Positions 20,237-28,343 of a DNA stretch of 40,289 nt are shown piece by piece. Source of the DNA: Sphingomonadaceae bacterium (lineage in GTDB: Bacteria; Chloroflexota; UBA6077). A program made the translations under genes and the position numbers. The notes beneath the pieces were generated by a model. It saw only the letters and a list, made by a program, of their open reading frames with translations, made no database searches and was not told where the DNA came from. Position 1 is the first letter of the stretch; each line of letters starts with the position of its first letter. The DNA is taken from NCBI GenBank assembly GCA_050261575.1, contig JBLNDL010000060.1:1-40289 (forward strand), in the 5' to 3' direction.

Positions 20237-20265
20237 ATTATATGCCGCCGCCCGGTCGAGGGCAA
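20237..20265 (-). promoter_or_regulatory. sigma70 promoter for orf81-merR, followed by pentamer repeats
   Basis: Minus strand TTGCCC-N17-TATAAT. Confidence 0.65.
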
Positions 20266-20408
20266 TAGATCCTGAGGCGCAGGCTCCTACGTCGTGGTTG
20301 CTCCAGGGCACCGTCCGTGGCGCGCCAGAAGGTATGTGGTCTCGATCTTGCACGAGAAGAACGACTCGGTGGCGACAGGCGTGGCCCGGCCCGCCAGTAA
20401 TGCACTTC

Positions 20409-20999
20409 TCATCCGTCGGTTGCGGGCAGGTCCTTCCTGGCTCGGGTGGATCGACGACGTTTCGGGGCAGGCTCTGGCGTCATTGCCGTTTGACTGACCG
20501 AAGGAGGTCTTCTGCCCACCTTAAGGGTAGGCACGTAGTAGTCCTGCCAGTTCATGCGACTGGTCATGGAAGAGACGAACTCCCGCAAGTATGGCCAGGT
20601 GTTCAGTGGGAGGTTGGATTTCCGGAATCTGGAGAAGAGCGCATCGGTCATGGGAAGCGACGATGAATAGTCAACTGCAAAGACGACTCTGATCTCCGCT
20701 GCCAGCCGAGCGCCATCTTCCTCCTCGTCCTCGTCAGCATCCCCTCGGTGACGGATGTCCACCTTCAGCCGATGTAAGGCGCGAAAGCCATCGGCAGTGG
20801 GCTCCCACTCCATGCCCTCAACCTTCACGCTGTTGCTGGATGGTACGGGGCGGACCGGACCATACCGATTAGTGACGCTCGCCTCCTTGAGCCAGACACG
20901 ATCGAGTTCAATCTGATGGATGAACTCGGCGTACTCAAGCGGAGAAAGCTCTGTCTCCATAGTCTTGTCAGTCTCTTCTACGATCTTCTCTTTGGGCAT
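20409..20999 (-). CDS. SecB-like chaperone (TAC component)
   Basis: IELDRV beta-strand, AEIRVVFAVDY, C-terminal FRKSNLPLNTWPYLREFVSSMTSRMNW..YYVPTL matching the SecB-like N.P..xPYxRE...T.R pattern; TAATG overlap with hicB stop. Confidence 0.8.
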   Translation of the reverse strand: MPKEKIVEETDKTMETELSPLEYAEFIHQIELDRVWLKEASVTNRYGPVRPVPSSNSVKVEGMEWEPTADGFRALHRLKVDIRHRGDADEDEEEDGARLAAEIRVVFAVDYSSSLPMTDALFSRFRKSNLPLNTWPYLREFVSSMTSRMNWQDYYVPTLKVGRRPPSVSQTAMTPEPAPKRRRSTRARKDLPATDG

Positions 21000-21496
21000 T
21001 ATACCGCCTTCGATTCCTCATCATCGTCTATTAGCCAACCTGTTGCCTTTGGCGCTTTCCACTCTCCTCGCACCCTGGGTCTGCTAACACCAGGTGACTT
21101 GTGGGATCGACTCGACTGCCTCCTGGTGCGAGCCTCGGCGCACCCTTTAGCCAACAGCGTCACCATCCACGTGTTGAGGCTCACGCCCTCATCCGCAGCT
21201 TGCTCAGCGAGCTCCTCATGAAGCGAAGGAGGCATTCTGAGTCTGATGGCTCCACTGTACTCTGATGGACGCGACGGCAAGGGTATTTCCAGGCCTTCTT
21301 CGTAGGCAGCCTCCATCCAGAGCTTGAAGGCATCTTTGACCATAGGAACCAATTCGTCGAGGCTCTCTACCTGAGTCAGGCAACCCGGCAGATCTGGGAA
21401 TCTGACCACGTAACCACCCTCGGGATCAGCGATCACGTCGAAGGGATACTCGAGCGAGAGATACTCATCAAGCGGTCGTCGCCGAGCAGCACACAT
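20999..21496 (-). CDS. hicB: HicB antitoxin with RHH domain and extra C-terminal tail (putative ChAD)
   Basis: YPFDVIADPEGGYVVRFPDLPGCLTQVES; YSGAIRLRMPPSLHEELAEQAADEGVSLN RHH; about 40-aa extension containing two Trp. Confidence 0.9.
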   Translation of the reverse strand: MCAARRRPLDEYLSLEYPFDVIADPEGGYVVRFPDLPGCLTQVESLDELVPMVKDAFKLWMEAAYEEGLEIPLPSRPSEYSGAIRLRMPPSLHEELAEQAADEGVSLNTWMVTLLAKGCAEARTRRQSSRSHKSPGVSRPRVRGEWKAPKATGWLIDDDEESKAV

Positions 21497-21497
21497 C

Positions 21498-21745
21498 CTA
21501 GTTCTCCTCTTCTAACCTCAGATGCTTCCTGATCTCCGCGAGATACACATCCCTCACCCAGCGTCCCTTGATCAACGGAACGGTAACCGGGAGCTCACCT
21601 TTCTTCGTGAACACCAGGTGGCTGGTTCCCTTCTGTGGCCGCTGTGTCCAACCGAAACCTTGCAGAAGAGAACATACGTCTCTGCAGGTCATCCTCGGCG
21701 GTCGCTTCAGGATCTCAGCAACAAGCTTCTGAAGATGTGTCGATC
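21498..21745 (-). CDS. hicA: HicA mRNA interferase toxin (start uncertain)
   Basis: LLQGFGW...KGTSHLVF.K.G...VTVP...VRDVYLAEI HicA fold with catalytic His; stop lies 1 nt before the hicB ATG. Confidence 0.85.
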
Positions 21746-21772
21746 TACCTCGCGGGGAGCAATATCGCAGGA

Positions 21773-21794
21773 ATGGTACCACCGATGGTACCAC
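21773..21794. promoter_or_regulatory. Tandem palindromic operators overlapping an extended -10 of the hicAB-secB promoter
   Basis: ATGGTACCAC at 21773-21782 and 21785-21794, each containing palindrome TGGTACCA; minus strand reads TG-G-TACCAT. Confidence 0.6.
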
Positions 21795-21904
21795 ACACTG
21801 AAGGCACCAAGGATAGTATCGGCAAAGGCGGAAGCTGTCAAGCAGGGCTTGGGTCATCCCTACGGTGAGGCATCAGTCCCATACCCTTGAGGAGAAGACA
21901 AGAA

Positions 21905-22080
21905 CGGTCAGGCCGAGGCTGGCGGGACGCCGTGGGCCGAGAGGGAGGGTCAGGTGAGTCAGGGCCATCGAGACAGGTCGGGGATGGCGCGGCCGAGGGC
22001 GCGTCGGGAGAGTCTGCTGCTGCCACTCCAGCGCCGGGCTCGACTTCGAACGGATGAAGGCCAGATCGACCAGAAGCGGC
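21905..22080 (-). pseudogene. Possible decayed tyrosine recombinase fragment
   Basis: Frameshifted and stop-interrupted SPAL.W...RLSRRALGRAI..L.R....LSAHGV(R) resembles the segment leading into HxLRH. Confidence 0.35.
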
Positions 22081-22269
22081 CTGCGCTGCAGCACTGGAGA
22101 GAGTAACTGAGCCGCTTTGGGTTCGTGCTTCTCTCCCGCACTGCCCCCCACGGAGAGCGTCCGCGGGGTAACGGGGACGGTGTCAGAGTAAAGATAACGA
22201 ACGACACCGGCAAGGTCTACTACACCGTGCCGACGTCCGCGATGCCGCCCCAATACAGGGCTGTGGATA

Positions 22270-22326
22270 GGTGCCGGGGAGGGGACTCGAACCCCTACTC
22301 CCTTGCGGGAAGCAGATTTTTAAGTC
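22270..22326 (-). tRNA. tRNA-Leu(TAA) 3' fragment = prophage att site (not a complete tRNA)
   Basis: Minus strand GA-CTTAAAAA-TCTGC, variable arm TTCCC-GCAA-GGGAG, T arm AGGGG-TTCGAGT-CCCCT, acceptor CCCCGGC-A-CC; D arm and 5' half absent. Confidence 0.85.
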
Positions 22327-22451
22327 CATGGGTACCAAATCGGACGGTGTCGGAGAGTGTCAGAGGTAGTTCGGTCCTCGCCTGAGCCCCTATGTTTTCA
22401 CCCCCGATAAGAAGGACGTCTCCCCCCATCTGTCCGATGGTTTCCGGCCCT

Positions 22452-22472
22452 GTTGCTACATCCGTTGCTACA
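22452..22472. repeat. Direct repeat GTTGCTACA x2 (putative integrase arm-type sites)
   Basis: 22452-22460 and 22464-22472, about 125 bp inside att. Confidence 0.55.
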
Positions 22473-22562
22473 CGAGCTGCTGCGCTTGAGGCTTGGGCCC
22501 GCGCTTCCTCCTTCGGCACGACGGTCTTGCCATCGAAGTCGATCACCGGCAGGGGGGTCATT

Positions 22563-23030
22563 TCAGTCACAGCCTCTACCCCCCGGACCCAACAGCCGCC
22601 GTCCCTCGAACAGTTGATAGCCCGTCTCACCCCGATCGCCGGCGACGAGCTGGGGGAAGAACATCTCATCCAGGGAGATGAGGTCGAGCTTAACCATAGC
22701 GAGCTGCGCCTCGATCCAGTCCCGAAGGATACGCCAAGCCACACGCGCCGCGTGTTCGAAGGTCGTGTGCCGCGCCCCGAGACGCCGATCGCCGGCCTCG
22801 TACTTGTCTTTGAGGGCCTTCTGGACCCGCTCGATCCGCGCCGGAAGACGGAATTCCCGATCGCCCATTGGAGTCTCGGCGATGAAGGAGATCCCCGTCG
22901 GGACTCTCTTGACCCTGTCGTAGTCGATCGAGATGTTGGTGGCCCCGAACTCGACGAGAATCCTGGAGATCTCCCCGAGCGACTTCTCGGGGGCGATCTC
23001 CGTAGTGTAGTTGAGAATCACACTAGCCAT
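22563..23030 (-). CDS. Conserved phage hypothetical protein
   Basis: NYTT.I..EKSLGEI...FRLPA...ARVAWRILRDWIEAQLA pattern recalled from phage proteins; overlaps upstream ORF stop. Confidence 0.75.
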   Translation of the reverse strand: MASVILNYTTEIAPEKSLGEISRILVEFGATNISIDYDRVKRVPTGISFIAETPMGDREFRLPARIERVQKALKDKYEAGDRRLGARHTTFEHAARVAWRILRDWIEAQLAMVKLDLISLDEMFFPQLVAGDRGETGYQLFEGRRLLGPGGRGCD

Positions 23031-23319
23031 TGTCGGCCACTCCCACCTGGTATGGTTGATCGAGCTGCGTGCGCCATCCCATCTCCAGGGAGGCCCTCAG
23101 CGTCGGGTAGCTCTCGAAGACCGAGGCGAACTGATGGGCAAAGCGCTCGACTACGGCCCGTTGGCGCTCCGAGAGTCTCTGATGCCTCCATGCGAGCTGA
23201 AGCAGGGCAATCAGCGTGTAGAGATCCATCGGCGTAATGGTGAACCTGACCGAACCTTGGCCCGCCAGCATCTCCATCTCTCGGGCCATCGCCGCCACGA
23301 ACTCATTGTCTTCGGGCAT
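23023..23319 (-). CDS. Phage hypothetical protein
   Basis: Tightly packed in leftward operon, GAGGT RBS. Confidence 0.65.
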   Translation of the reverse strand: MPEDNEFVAAMAREMEMLAGQGSVRFTITPMDLYTLIALLQLAWRHQRLSERQRAVVERFAHQFASVFESYPTLRASLEMGWRTQLDQPYQVGVADNG

Positions 23320-23323
23320 TGGC

Positions 23324-23773
23324 TTACCTCAGGTTGTCGGGGTCGCTGAGCTCGATGCAGGCGACTCTGGACCCCCTGCCGCGCATTTCCGCGAGGAGCA
23401 TCTGCAGTGTGGTCCCCTCATCTTCGACGTCGTAGACCTCACGAGGATCGACGGAGATCTCGCCCTCGATGATCCTCGTCTTGCATCGGTCGTAACGACC
23501 GAGGAGCTCCTTGATGATCGGATCCGGGGGATTCGCTATGTCGAGGTTCTGGAGGACCTGGACAGCCTGGGCCTGGGCGAGCATGAGCTCGGTGGCCGTG
23601 ACGATCGCTGGCTTTTGGACCTTGCGCCGCTTGCCGTTCGCGATTGCAACCGGCGAGTAGCAGACCTGCGCCGGCTCGTCGCCGGCCTTGTAGATCCACA
23701 CCTCGATAATCCGTTGGACGTCGACCAGGACGTCCGGATTCGGCTGACAGACATACGTGGTTAGTCGCCTCAT
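23324..23773 (-). CDS. Phage hypothetical protein
   Basis: ATGA overlap with upstream ORF, GAGGAGG RBS. Confidence 0.65.
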   Translation of the reverse strand: MRRLTTYVCQPNPDVLVDVQRIIEVWIYKAGDEPAQVCYSPVAIANGKRRKVQKPAIVTATELMLAQAQAVQVLQNLDIANPPDPIIKELLGRYDRCKTRIIEGEISVDPREVYDVEDEGTTLQMLLAEMRGRGSRVACIELSDPDNLR

Positions 23774-24036
23774 GAAGCCTTCCTCCTCAACTCGGCTCGC
23801 CGAGCTCGTTGATAGCAGGTCATGCACAACGGTCCTATGCCGTAGGTCGTGGTCCTCACGACCGCAGTCCCCCCGCACTCTCGACAGCGGCCCTTGCCCT
23901 GTATCTGGACAGGAAGCTCGGTCGTTCCATACTTGCGGACTCTGAAGTAGTGCTTGACGCAATAGCCGAGACCGTAATGGGGATCATCACAGCCCTGTAC
24001 CGAGCATCCCCGGTCGTAAGCCTTCAACCGCCTCAC
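23770..24036 (-). CDS. Phage Cys/His zinc-finger protein
   Basis: CSVQGC..PHYGLGYCVKHY.R.RKYG plus CREC...CMTC. Confidence 0.65.
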   Translation of the reverse strand: MRRLKAYDRGCSVQGCDDPHYGLGYCVKHYFRVRKYGTTELPVQIQGKGRCRECGGTAVVRTTTYGIGPLCMTCYQRARRAELRRKAS

Positions 24037-24350
24037 CAGCCTCGTCTCTCCTCCTCCTGCATTTGCCGGATCAGCTCAGCTCCGGACTTGACCAGACCTA
24101 GAACCGTCTGTAGGTTGACCAGGGCGCCGGCGATCTGGTCGGTACCCTCCTTCCATGGGATCGACAGGATGATCCCCGCGGGAAGGGTCGTTTCGCCCGC
24201 CTTGAGGGCCTCATGCATGCGGTCCAGGTCGGCCAGATATCTCTCGAGCTTGCGGGCGAAGCGCTCCAGGTCGACAATCTCCTCATCGCGCCGCCGGCGG
24301 ACCTCCGCGGCTCCCCGTGTAGCCGTTCCCTGCGTGTACGCTACTGCCAC
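24033..24350 (-). CDS. Phage hypothetical coiled-coil protein
   Basis: GTG start overlapping the ARH end; stop overlaps the next start. Confidence 0.55.
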   Translation of the reverse strand: MAVAYTQGTATRGAAEVRRRRDEEIVDLERFARKLERYLADLDRMHEALKAGETTLPAGIILSIPWKEGTDQIAGALVNLQTVLGLVKSGAELIRQMQEEERRGW

Positions 24351-25369
24351 TTGCCGGCTTCCCACCCCTTCAGCCAGAGTTGGAACGCGAGGTCGCCGAT
24401 CGTCTCGATCGCCTCGACCTTGTTCCGCCAAGTGTCCGGAATCGCGTACAGACCGTGATAGGCCCCGAGGATCTGGCCAGCGATCGAGCCGGTTGAGTCG
24501 GAGTCGCCTGAGTGGTTGACGGCGACCAGGACCCCATCCCGGAACGATTGGGCCGTAAGGGCCGCGTAGAGTGCAATTGCCAAGGCCTCGTCGCCGACCC
24601 ATCCCCCGCCGAGCTCCTCGACCTTGGAGGGGGTCGGGGCGCCGGGCTGCTTCCAGAAACGGATCGCGCGTTCGACCTTGCCGAGAGTCTCCTCGTGGTT
24701 GGGCCATCTCTCGAGTTCTTCGCAGGCGGTGTTGATGGCCTGGAGCAGGGTATCCCTCTCGAGGATCCTCGAAAGGAGAAGGGCAAGGAAGCCGGCGGGA
24801 AGGTAGCCTCGCGGGTGTCCGTGGGTTATGGCCGCGGCCTCCGCGGCGATCGCGAAGACGTCGTGCCCCCAGGGTCCAAGGACGGCACAGGGGGCGACCC
24901 GCATGACCCCGCCGCAGCCGGCCGAGTCATTGATCGGCTTGGAGGTCCTTCCCCAACCGCCAGCGGCGAGGGCCGAGAGGCAGGTAGTACCGGGGACCCG
25001 GCGCGACGTGAAGGCCGGCTCGTCCATGAGGGTCGAGGCGCCCTTGTAGGGCTCGCCCATCTGGCCCTTGTACCACCGTTTGTAGGCGTCTCGGATCTCA
25101 GGTAGGACCTCGGCGGGCTCGCCGGCAAAGAGGATCCCCTCGAGGGTGAACAGGGTCATTTGGGTATCGTCGGTGATCGATCCCACGGTGCCGTAGGAAT
25201 AGGTCTGCGCCATGTCGGAGATCCCCGTCGGCCCGTAGAGCTCCCGGATCCTGGCGATGTTCAGGAACTCGATTGGAGCCCCCAGGGCATCACCGACGGC
25301 GCCGCCGACGATCATCCCCTCGACGCGGTCCATGTGGTACGGCAGTCGGCTAGAAAGTGGTAAACGCAT
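24341..25369 (-). CDS. ADP-ribosylglycohydrolase (ARH/DraG family)
   Basis: AVGDALGAPIEF, TDDTQMT, SAGCGGVMRVAP, ITHGHP, GDSDSTGSIAG metal-binding motifs all intact. Confidence 0.93.
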   Translation of the reverse strand: MRLPLSSRLPYHMDRVEGMIVGGAVGDALGAPIEFLNIARIRELYGPTGISDMAQTYSYGTVGSITDDTQMTLFTLEGILFAGEPAEVLPEIRDAYKRWYKGQMGEPYKGASTLMDEPAFTSRRVPGTTCLSALAAGGWGRTSKPINDSAGCGGVMRVAPCAVLGPWGHDVFAIAAEAAAITHGHPRGYLPAGFLALLLSRILERDTLLQAINTACEELERWPNHEETLGKVERAIRFWKQPGAPTPSKVEELGGGWVGDEALAIALYAALTAQSFRDGVLVAVNHSGDSDSTGSIAGQILGAYHGLYAIPDTWRNKVEAIETIGDLAFQLWLKGWEAGKWQ

Positions 25370-25742
25370 ACTTGATCCCATCCTCCCATCGTTGGGCGCT
25401 CTCTCGCTCCAGCTCGACGACCCTGCGGGCCATGGGAGCATCCGCGGACAGAACCGCCCGCTCGGCCTCTCCTACGGCCTCCAGGTAGTCGAAGAGCGCG
25501 ACCGTCGCCCCCCACACGGCGTTGCGGACCTGTCTCTTGGCGTCTCCGATCTTCTTCATCTCCGCCCCTTCGTCCTCGAACTCGTCGGGCCACTTGCCGG
25601 TTGTATCGGCCAGGTGGCGGGCCGCCTCGAGCTGGAAGCGGAGGTTGTTCTCGTTGGCCATCGCGTCCCGCCAGATGGCCAGTCGGTCAAGGAACTCCTT
25701 TCGGGCTTGGATCGTGTCTGTAGCCCGGCCAATCGCTCCCAT
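25350..25742 (-). CDS. Phage hypothetical protein
   Basis: Abuts both neighbours in the operon. Confidence 0.6.
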   Translation of the reverse strand: MGAIGRATDTIQARKEFLDRLAIWRDAMANENNLRFQLEAARHLADTTGKWPDEFEDEGAEMKKIGDAKRQVRNAVWGATVALFDYLEAVGEAERAVLSADAPMARRVVELERESAQRWEDGIKYAFTTF

Positions 25743-26177
25743 CTACTCGGTCTCCTTCCAGACGACCCCGTCCTCCGAACGGACGATGGTCTCGATCATG
25801 GTCCGATCGACTCTGGCTGGCGGGACATACTGGCGGGCCAGACCGACGACGAGCCAGAGGCGGCCGTCAGCCGCGGCGACCTTGGCCTCGAAGGCCTCGA
25901 GCTCCTCGGCCTCCGAGAGGCGATAGTAGTAATCGGCCTCGGGGTTGATCCGTAGGATGCCCTTCCTGGCCAGTCTCCGAAGGGCCTGGGCAAGCCGGCC
26001 CCCATCCTGGGAGGGCCCAGCGACCCGATAGGCCGGGACCCACTCGCCGGGGAGCTTGCCGGCGATCTTGCGAAACGCCTCAAGTGCCTCGTACTCAGTG
26101 GGGGTGAGAGTCGTACCCACAATCGCCTTTGCGAGGCGCTCCGTCTTCTTGAGTCTCGCCCTGAGTGCTGGATCCAT
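25743..26177 (-). CDS. Phage protein with possible winged-helix domain
   Basis: LTPTEYEALEAF...LAQALRRLARKGIL....YYYRLS; AAGGAGG RBS. Confidence 0.6.
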   Translation of the reverse strand: MDPALRARLKKTERLAKAIVGTTLTPTEYEALEAFRKIAGKLPGEWVPAYRVAGPSQDGGRLAQALRRLARKGILRINPEADYYYRLSEAEELEAFEAKVAAADGRLWLVVGLARQYVPPARVDRTMIETIVRSEDGVVWKETE

Positions 26178-26257
26178 CGTTTCCTCCTTCCCGTCCATTC
26201 CTCCTGATTGATCGATGGAGAGGCGCCTCCCGGCGCTCCTCCCAATGGGGCGGGAGA

Positions 26258-26443
26258 TCAAGATCGCGCGGTTCGAAGGATCCCGACGACCAGAAGAACC
26301 GCCATTCCGATCGGGATCCAGTTAGGAACCAGGCCGAAACCGACTGCGGCCAAAAGGGCGCCGCCGGCGATCCCCATGGTGTAGGCGGCCCAGTACTCGA
26401 GCCGTTGCTTCGTTGTCATGAGAGAGCCTCCGCCTTTCTCCAT
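26258..26443 (-). CDS. Small two-TM phage membrane protein
   Basis: Two hydrophobic stretches; GAGGAG RBS. Confidence 0.55.
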   Translation of the reverse strand: MEKGGGSLMTTKQRLEYWAAYTMGIAGGALLAAVGFGLVPNWIPIGMAVLLVVGILRTARS

Positions 26444-26470
26444 TCTCCTCGGCCTTGGGAGCCGGTCGAC

Positions 26471-26496
26471 CTCGCACCGTCTATCGACGGTGCGAG
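26471..26496. repeat. Perfect 11-bp intergenic hairpin
   Basis: CTCGCACCGTC-TATC-GACGGTGCGAG. Confidence 0.7.
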
Positions 26497-26517
26497 CGAT
26501 GGAGCCGGAAGGGCCGA

Positions 26518-27051
26518 CTAGTTGGGGATGGCGACGTCCAGGAGGGAACCCGGAGACAGAGCCTCGCCACAGTCACCGCAGTAGCAGCGGCCTTCCCCGT
26601 CCACGAACGCCGCGGGGAAAGCCATCGTCTCTTCGCAGTGGGTACAGGCGACGACCATCGGCAGTCCGAGCCTGCGGAAGACCTCCTCGTCGATCCTCTC
26701 GCCGAGCTCGATCCCTGCCTCCGCAGCACGCTCCCTCAGGACGTTCATTCCCCATCGAAAGGGTGTCTCGGTATCGGCCTCGGCCGCGGCCTGTCCTGCC
26801 TCAAGGGCCTTAGCGTGCCGGTCTTGGAGCGCGGCGTCGGCGGCCTTGAGGCCGATCTCGAGGCAGGCTCGGCAGAGGACCGCGTTATGGTTGGCGTCGT
26901 ACTGATCGGGATCGCCCTGGCCAGCCACCAGGTCATAGGTCGCGGTGAGCTCCTCCTCGATGGGCTCTTGAAGATGCCGGAGAATCAACTGATGGATCTC
27001 GTTGTCCTCGGGCCCAACGGCCCGGCCGCAGTGGAAGCATCGGTAAGTCAT
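26518..27051 (-). CDS. Phage protein with four CxxC motifs
   Basis: CFHC, CRAC, CTHC, CGDC. Confidence 0.65.
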   Translation of the reverse strand: MTYRCFHCGRAVGPEDNEIHQLILRHLQEPIEEELTATYDLVAGQGDPDQYDANHNAVLCRACLEIGLKAADAALQDRHAKALEAGQAAAEADTETPFRWGMNVLRERAAEAGIELGERIDEEVFRRLGLPMVVACTHCEETMAFPAAFVDGEGRCYCGDCGEALSPGSLLDVAIPN

Positions 27052-27084
27052 TGCTGTTCCGTCCTTTCCTGTCGTCTGCTACGG

Positions 27085-27285
27085 TCATCGATAGTCGATC
27101 AGCCCATGCTCTTGGCGCAGCCTGGCGTCTCGGAGTGCTTCGGGATCGCGCTCGAACAGGTCCCGAGCTTCCTTGGCGTCCCTCTCCCCCTTATAGTGTC
27201 CGAGGACCACTGAGCGACCGCCACGAAGTTCGCCGACTACCCAGCAGGTCTCGGAAACCCGCATGTCGTACAGCTCCGGTTCCAA
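27085..27285 (-). CDS. Phage hypothetical protein
   Basis: TTG start with AAGGAGG RBS. Confidence 0.55.
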   Translation of the reverse strand: MEPELYDMRVSETCWVVGELRGGRSVVLGHYKGERDAKEARDLFERDPEALRDARLRQEHGLIDYR

Positions 27286-27307
27286 CGATCACCCTCCTTC
27301 GGTCGTT

Positions 27308-27703
27308 CTAGCTGGCCACCGCCGCCGGCTGTCTCTCCGCGTAACCGTTGACCACGAGCCAGCGGGCCTCCTGGGTGACCCGGGTCAGAGGGGTCTCCAC
27401 GACCGAGCTCCAGGCGGCATAGGAAAACTCTGCGACCCCCCGGAGACTGTTCATCCCCACGCGATCGACGCGGTAGAGGGTGACCTCGCTGGGGTTGGCC
27501 ACCGCGAAGACGTCGCCGATCCTCACCGGAACCAGGGGCGAGCCGTCCTCGGCGAACGCCCAGGGCTTCCGCTCGTAGCCGTTGGCGTCGGCGACGACCA
27601 CCGCGATCGGCTGATCGGCGACGAGCTGCCGGGGTCGGATGACGGGTACGCAGTGCACGATCTCGATCTTGAGGCTCTCGGTCCGCGCGATGCTGGTGGC
27701 CAT
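27308..27703 (-). CDS. Phage hypothetical protein
   Basis: ATG with TAAGGAGGT RBS. Confidence 0.65.
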   Translation of the reverse strand: MATSIARTESLKIEIVHCVPVIRPRQLVADQPIAVVVADANGYERKPWAFAEDGSPLVPVRIGDVFAVANPSEVTLYRVDRVGMNSLRGVAEFSYAAWSSVVETPLTRVTQEARWLVVNGYAERQPAAVAS

Positions 27704-27716
27704 CAGTGGTACCTCC

Positions 27717-28235
27717 TTACTGCTGGCGGTAATCGATGGTCCTGTCCTTCTTGGCCGCGTTGCATGAAAGGCACAACGGCTGGATGTTGGCGATGGTGTG
27801 TGGGCCACCCTGAGACAGCGGCATGACGTGATCAGGGACTAGCCGGCCGTGGGAACCGCATGCGAGACACTTGTTGCCGTATTTCGCCTTGAGCGCAGTC
27901 CATTCCTCTTCAGTCCGTCCAGGCCCCTGAGCCTCCAAGTTGCGACGAGTAACGCGCCGGGCCTGACACCTGGCCCTAAGCTTCGGGTCTGATGCATATT
28001 GCTGACTTCTCCGCGCTGACTCCCTGATCTGGTTCTTCGGAATGGAGCGCCACTTGCGCTTGTTGGCCTTGCCCCTCTCCAGCTGCTTCGCCCAGTACTC
28101 AGAATTGGTCTTGCGTTCAGCGTTGTATGCCTTCATGCACTCCCTGCAATAGGACATGAGACCGTCAGGATGAGAACTGCACTTGCCAAATGCCTCGTCC
28201 TCTTTGGCCTCGCCACACCTGGAGCAGCGCCTCAC
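27717..28235 (-). CDS. HNH endonuclease with N-terminal zinc ribbon
   Basis: CSRC...CREC; CLAC....DHVMPLSQGG.H...NIQPLCLSCN..K. Confidence 0.88.
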   Translation of the reverse strand: MRRCSRCGEAKEDEAFGKCSSHPDGLMSYCRECMKAYNAERKTNSEYWAKQLERGKANKRKWRSIPKNQIRESARRSQQYASDPKLRARCQARRVTRRNLEAQGPGRTEEEWTALKAKYGNKCLACGSHGRLVPDHVMPLSQGGPHTIANIQPLCLSCNAAKKDRTIDYRQQ

Positions 28236-28271
28236 CTTTCCTCCCCGTCTGTATCAGTATGACACTGTGAC

Positions 28272-28300
28272 ACTATATCAAGCCCCTGAGAAGATTGCAA
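28272..28300 (-). promoter_or_regulatory. Leftward phage early promoter
   Basis: Minus strand TTGCAA-N17-TATAGT; TGACAC repeats at the start site. Confidence 0.7.
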
Positions 28301-28308
28301 TACCCCTG

Positions 28309-28336
28309 TTGCGGAACGACGCAGTGATGCTATAAT
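28309..28336 (+). promoter_or_regulatory. Rightward promoter giving a leaderless HTH mRNA
   Basis: TTGCGG-N16-TATAAT with extended TG; ATG 7 nt downstream. Confidence 0.7.
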
Positions 28337-28343
28337 GCGGGCC

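Noticed and set aside
22270..22326. Functional tRNA-Leu gene
   Set aside because: 5' acceptor strand and D arm are absent
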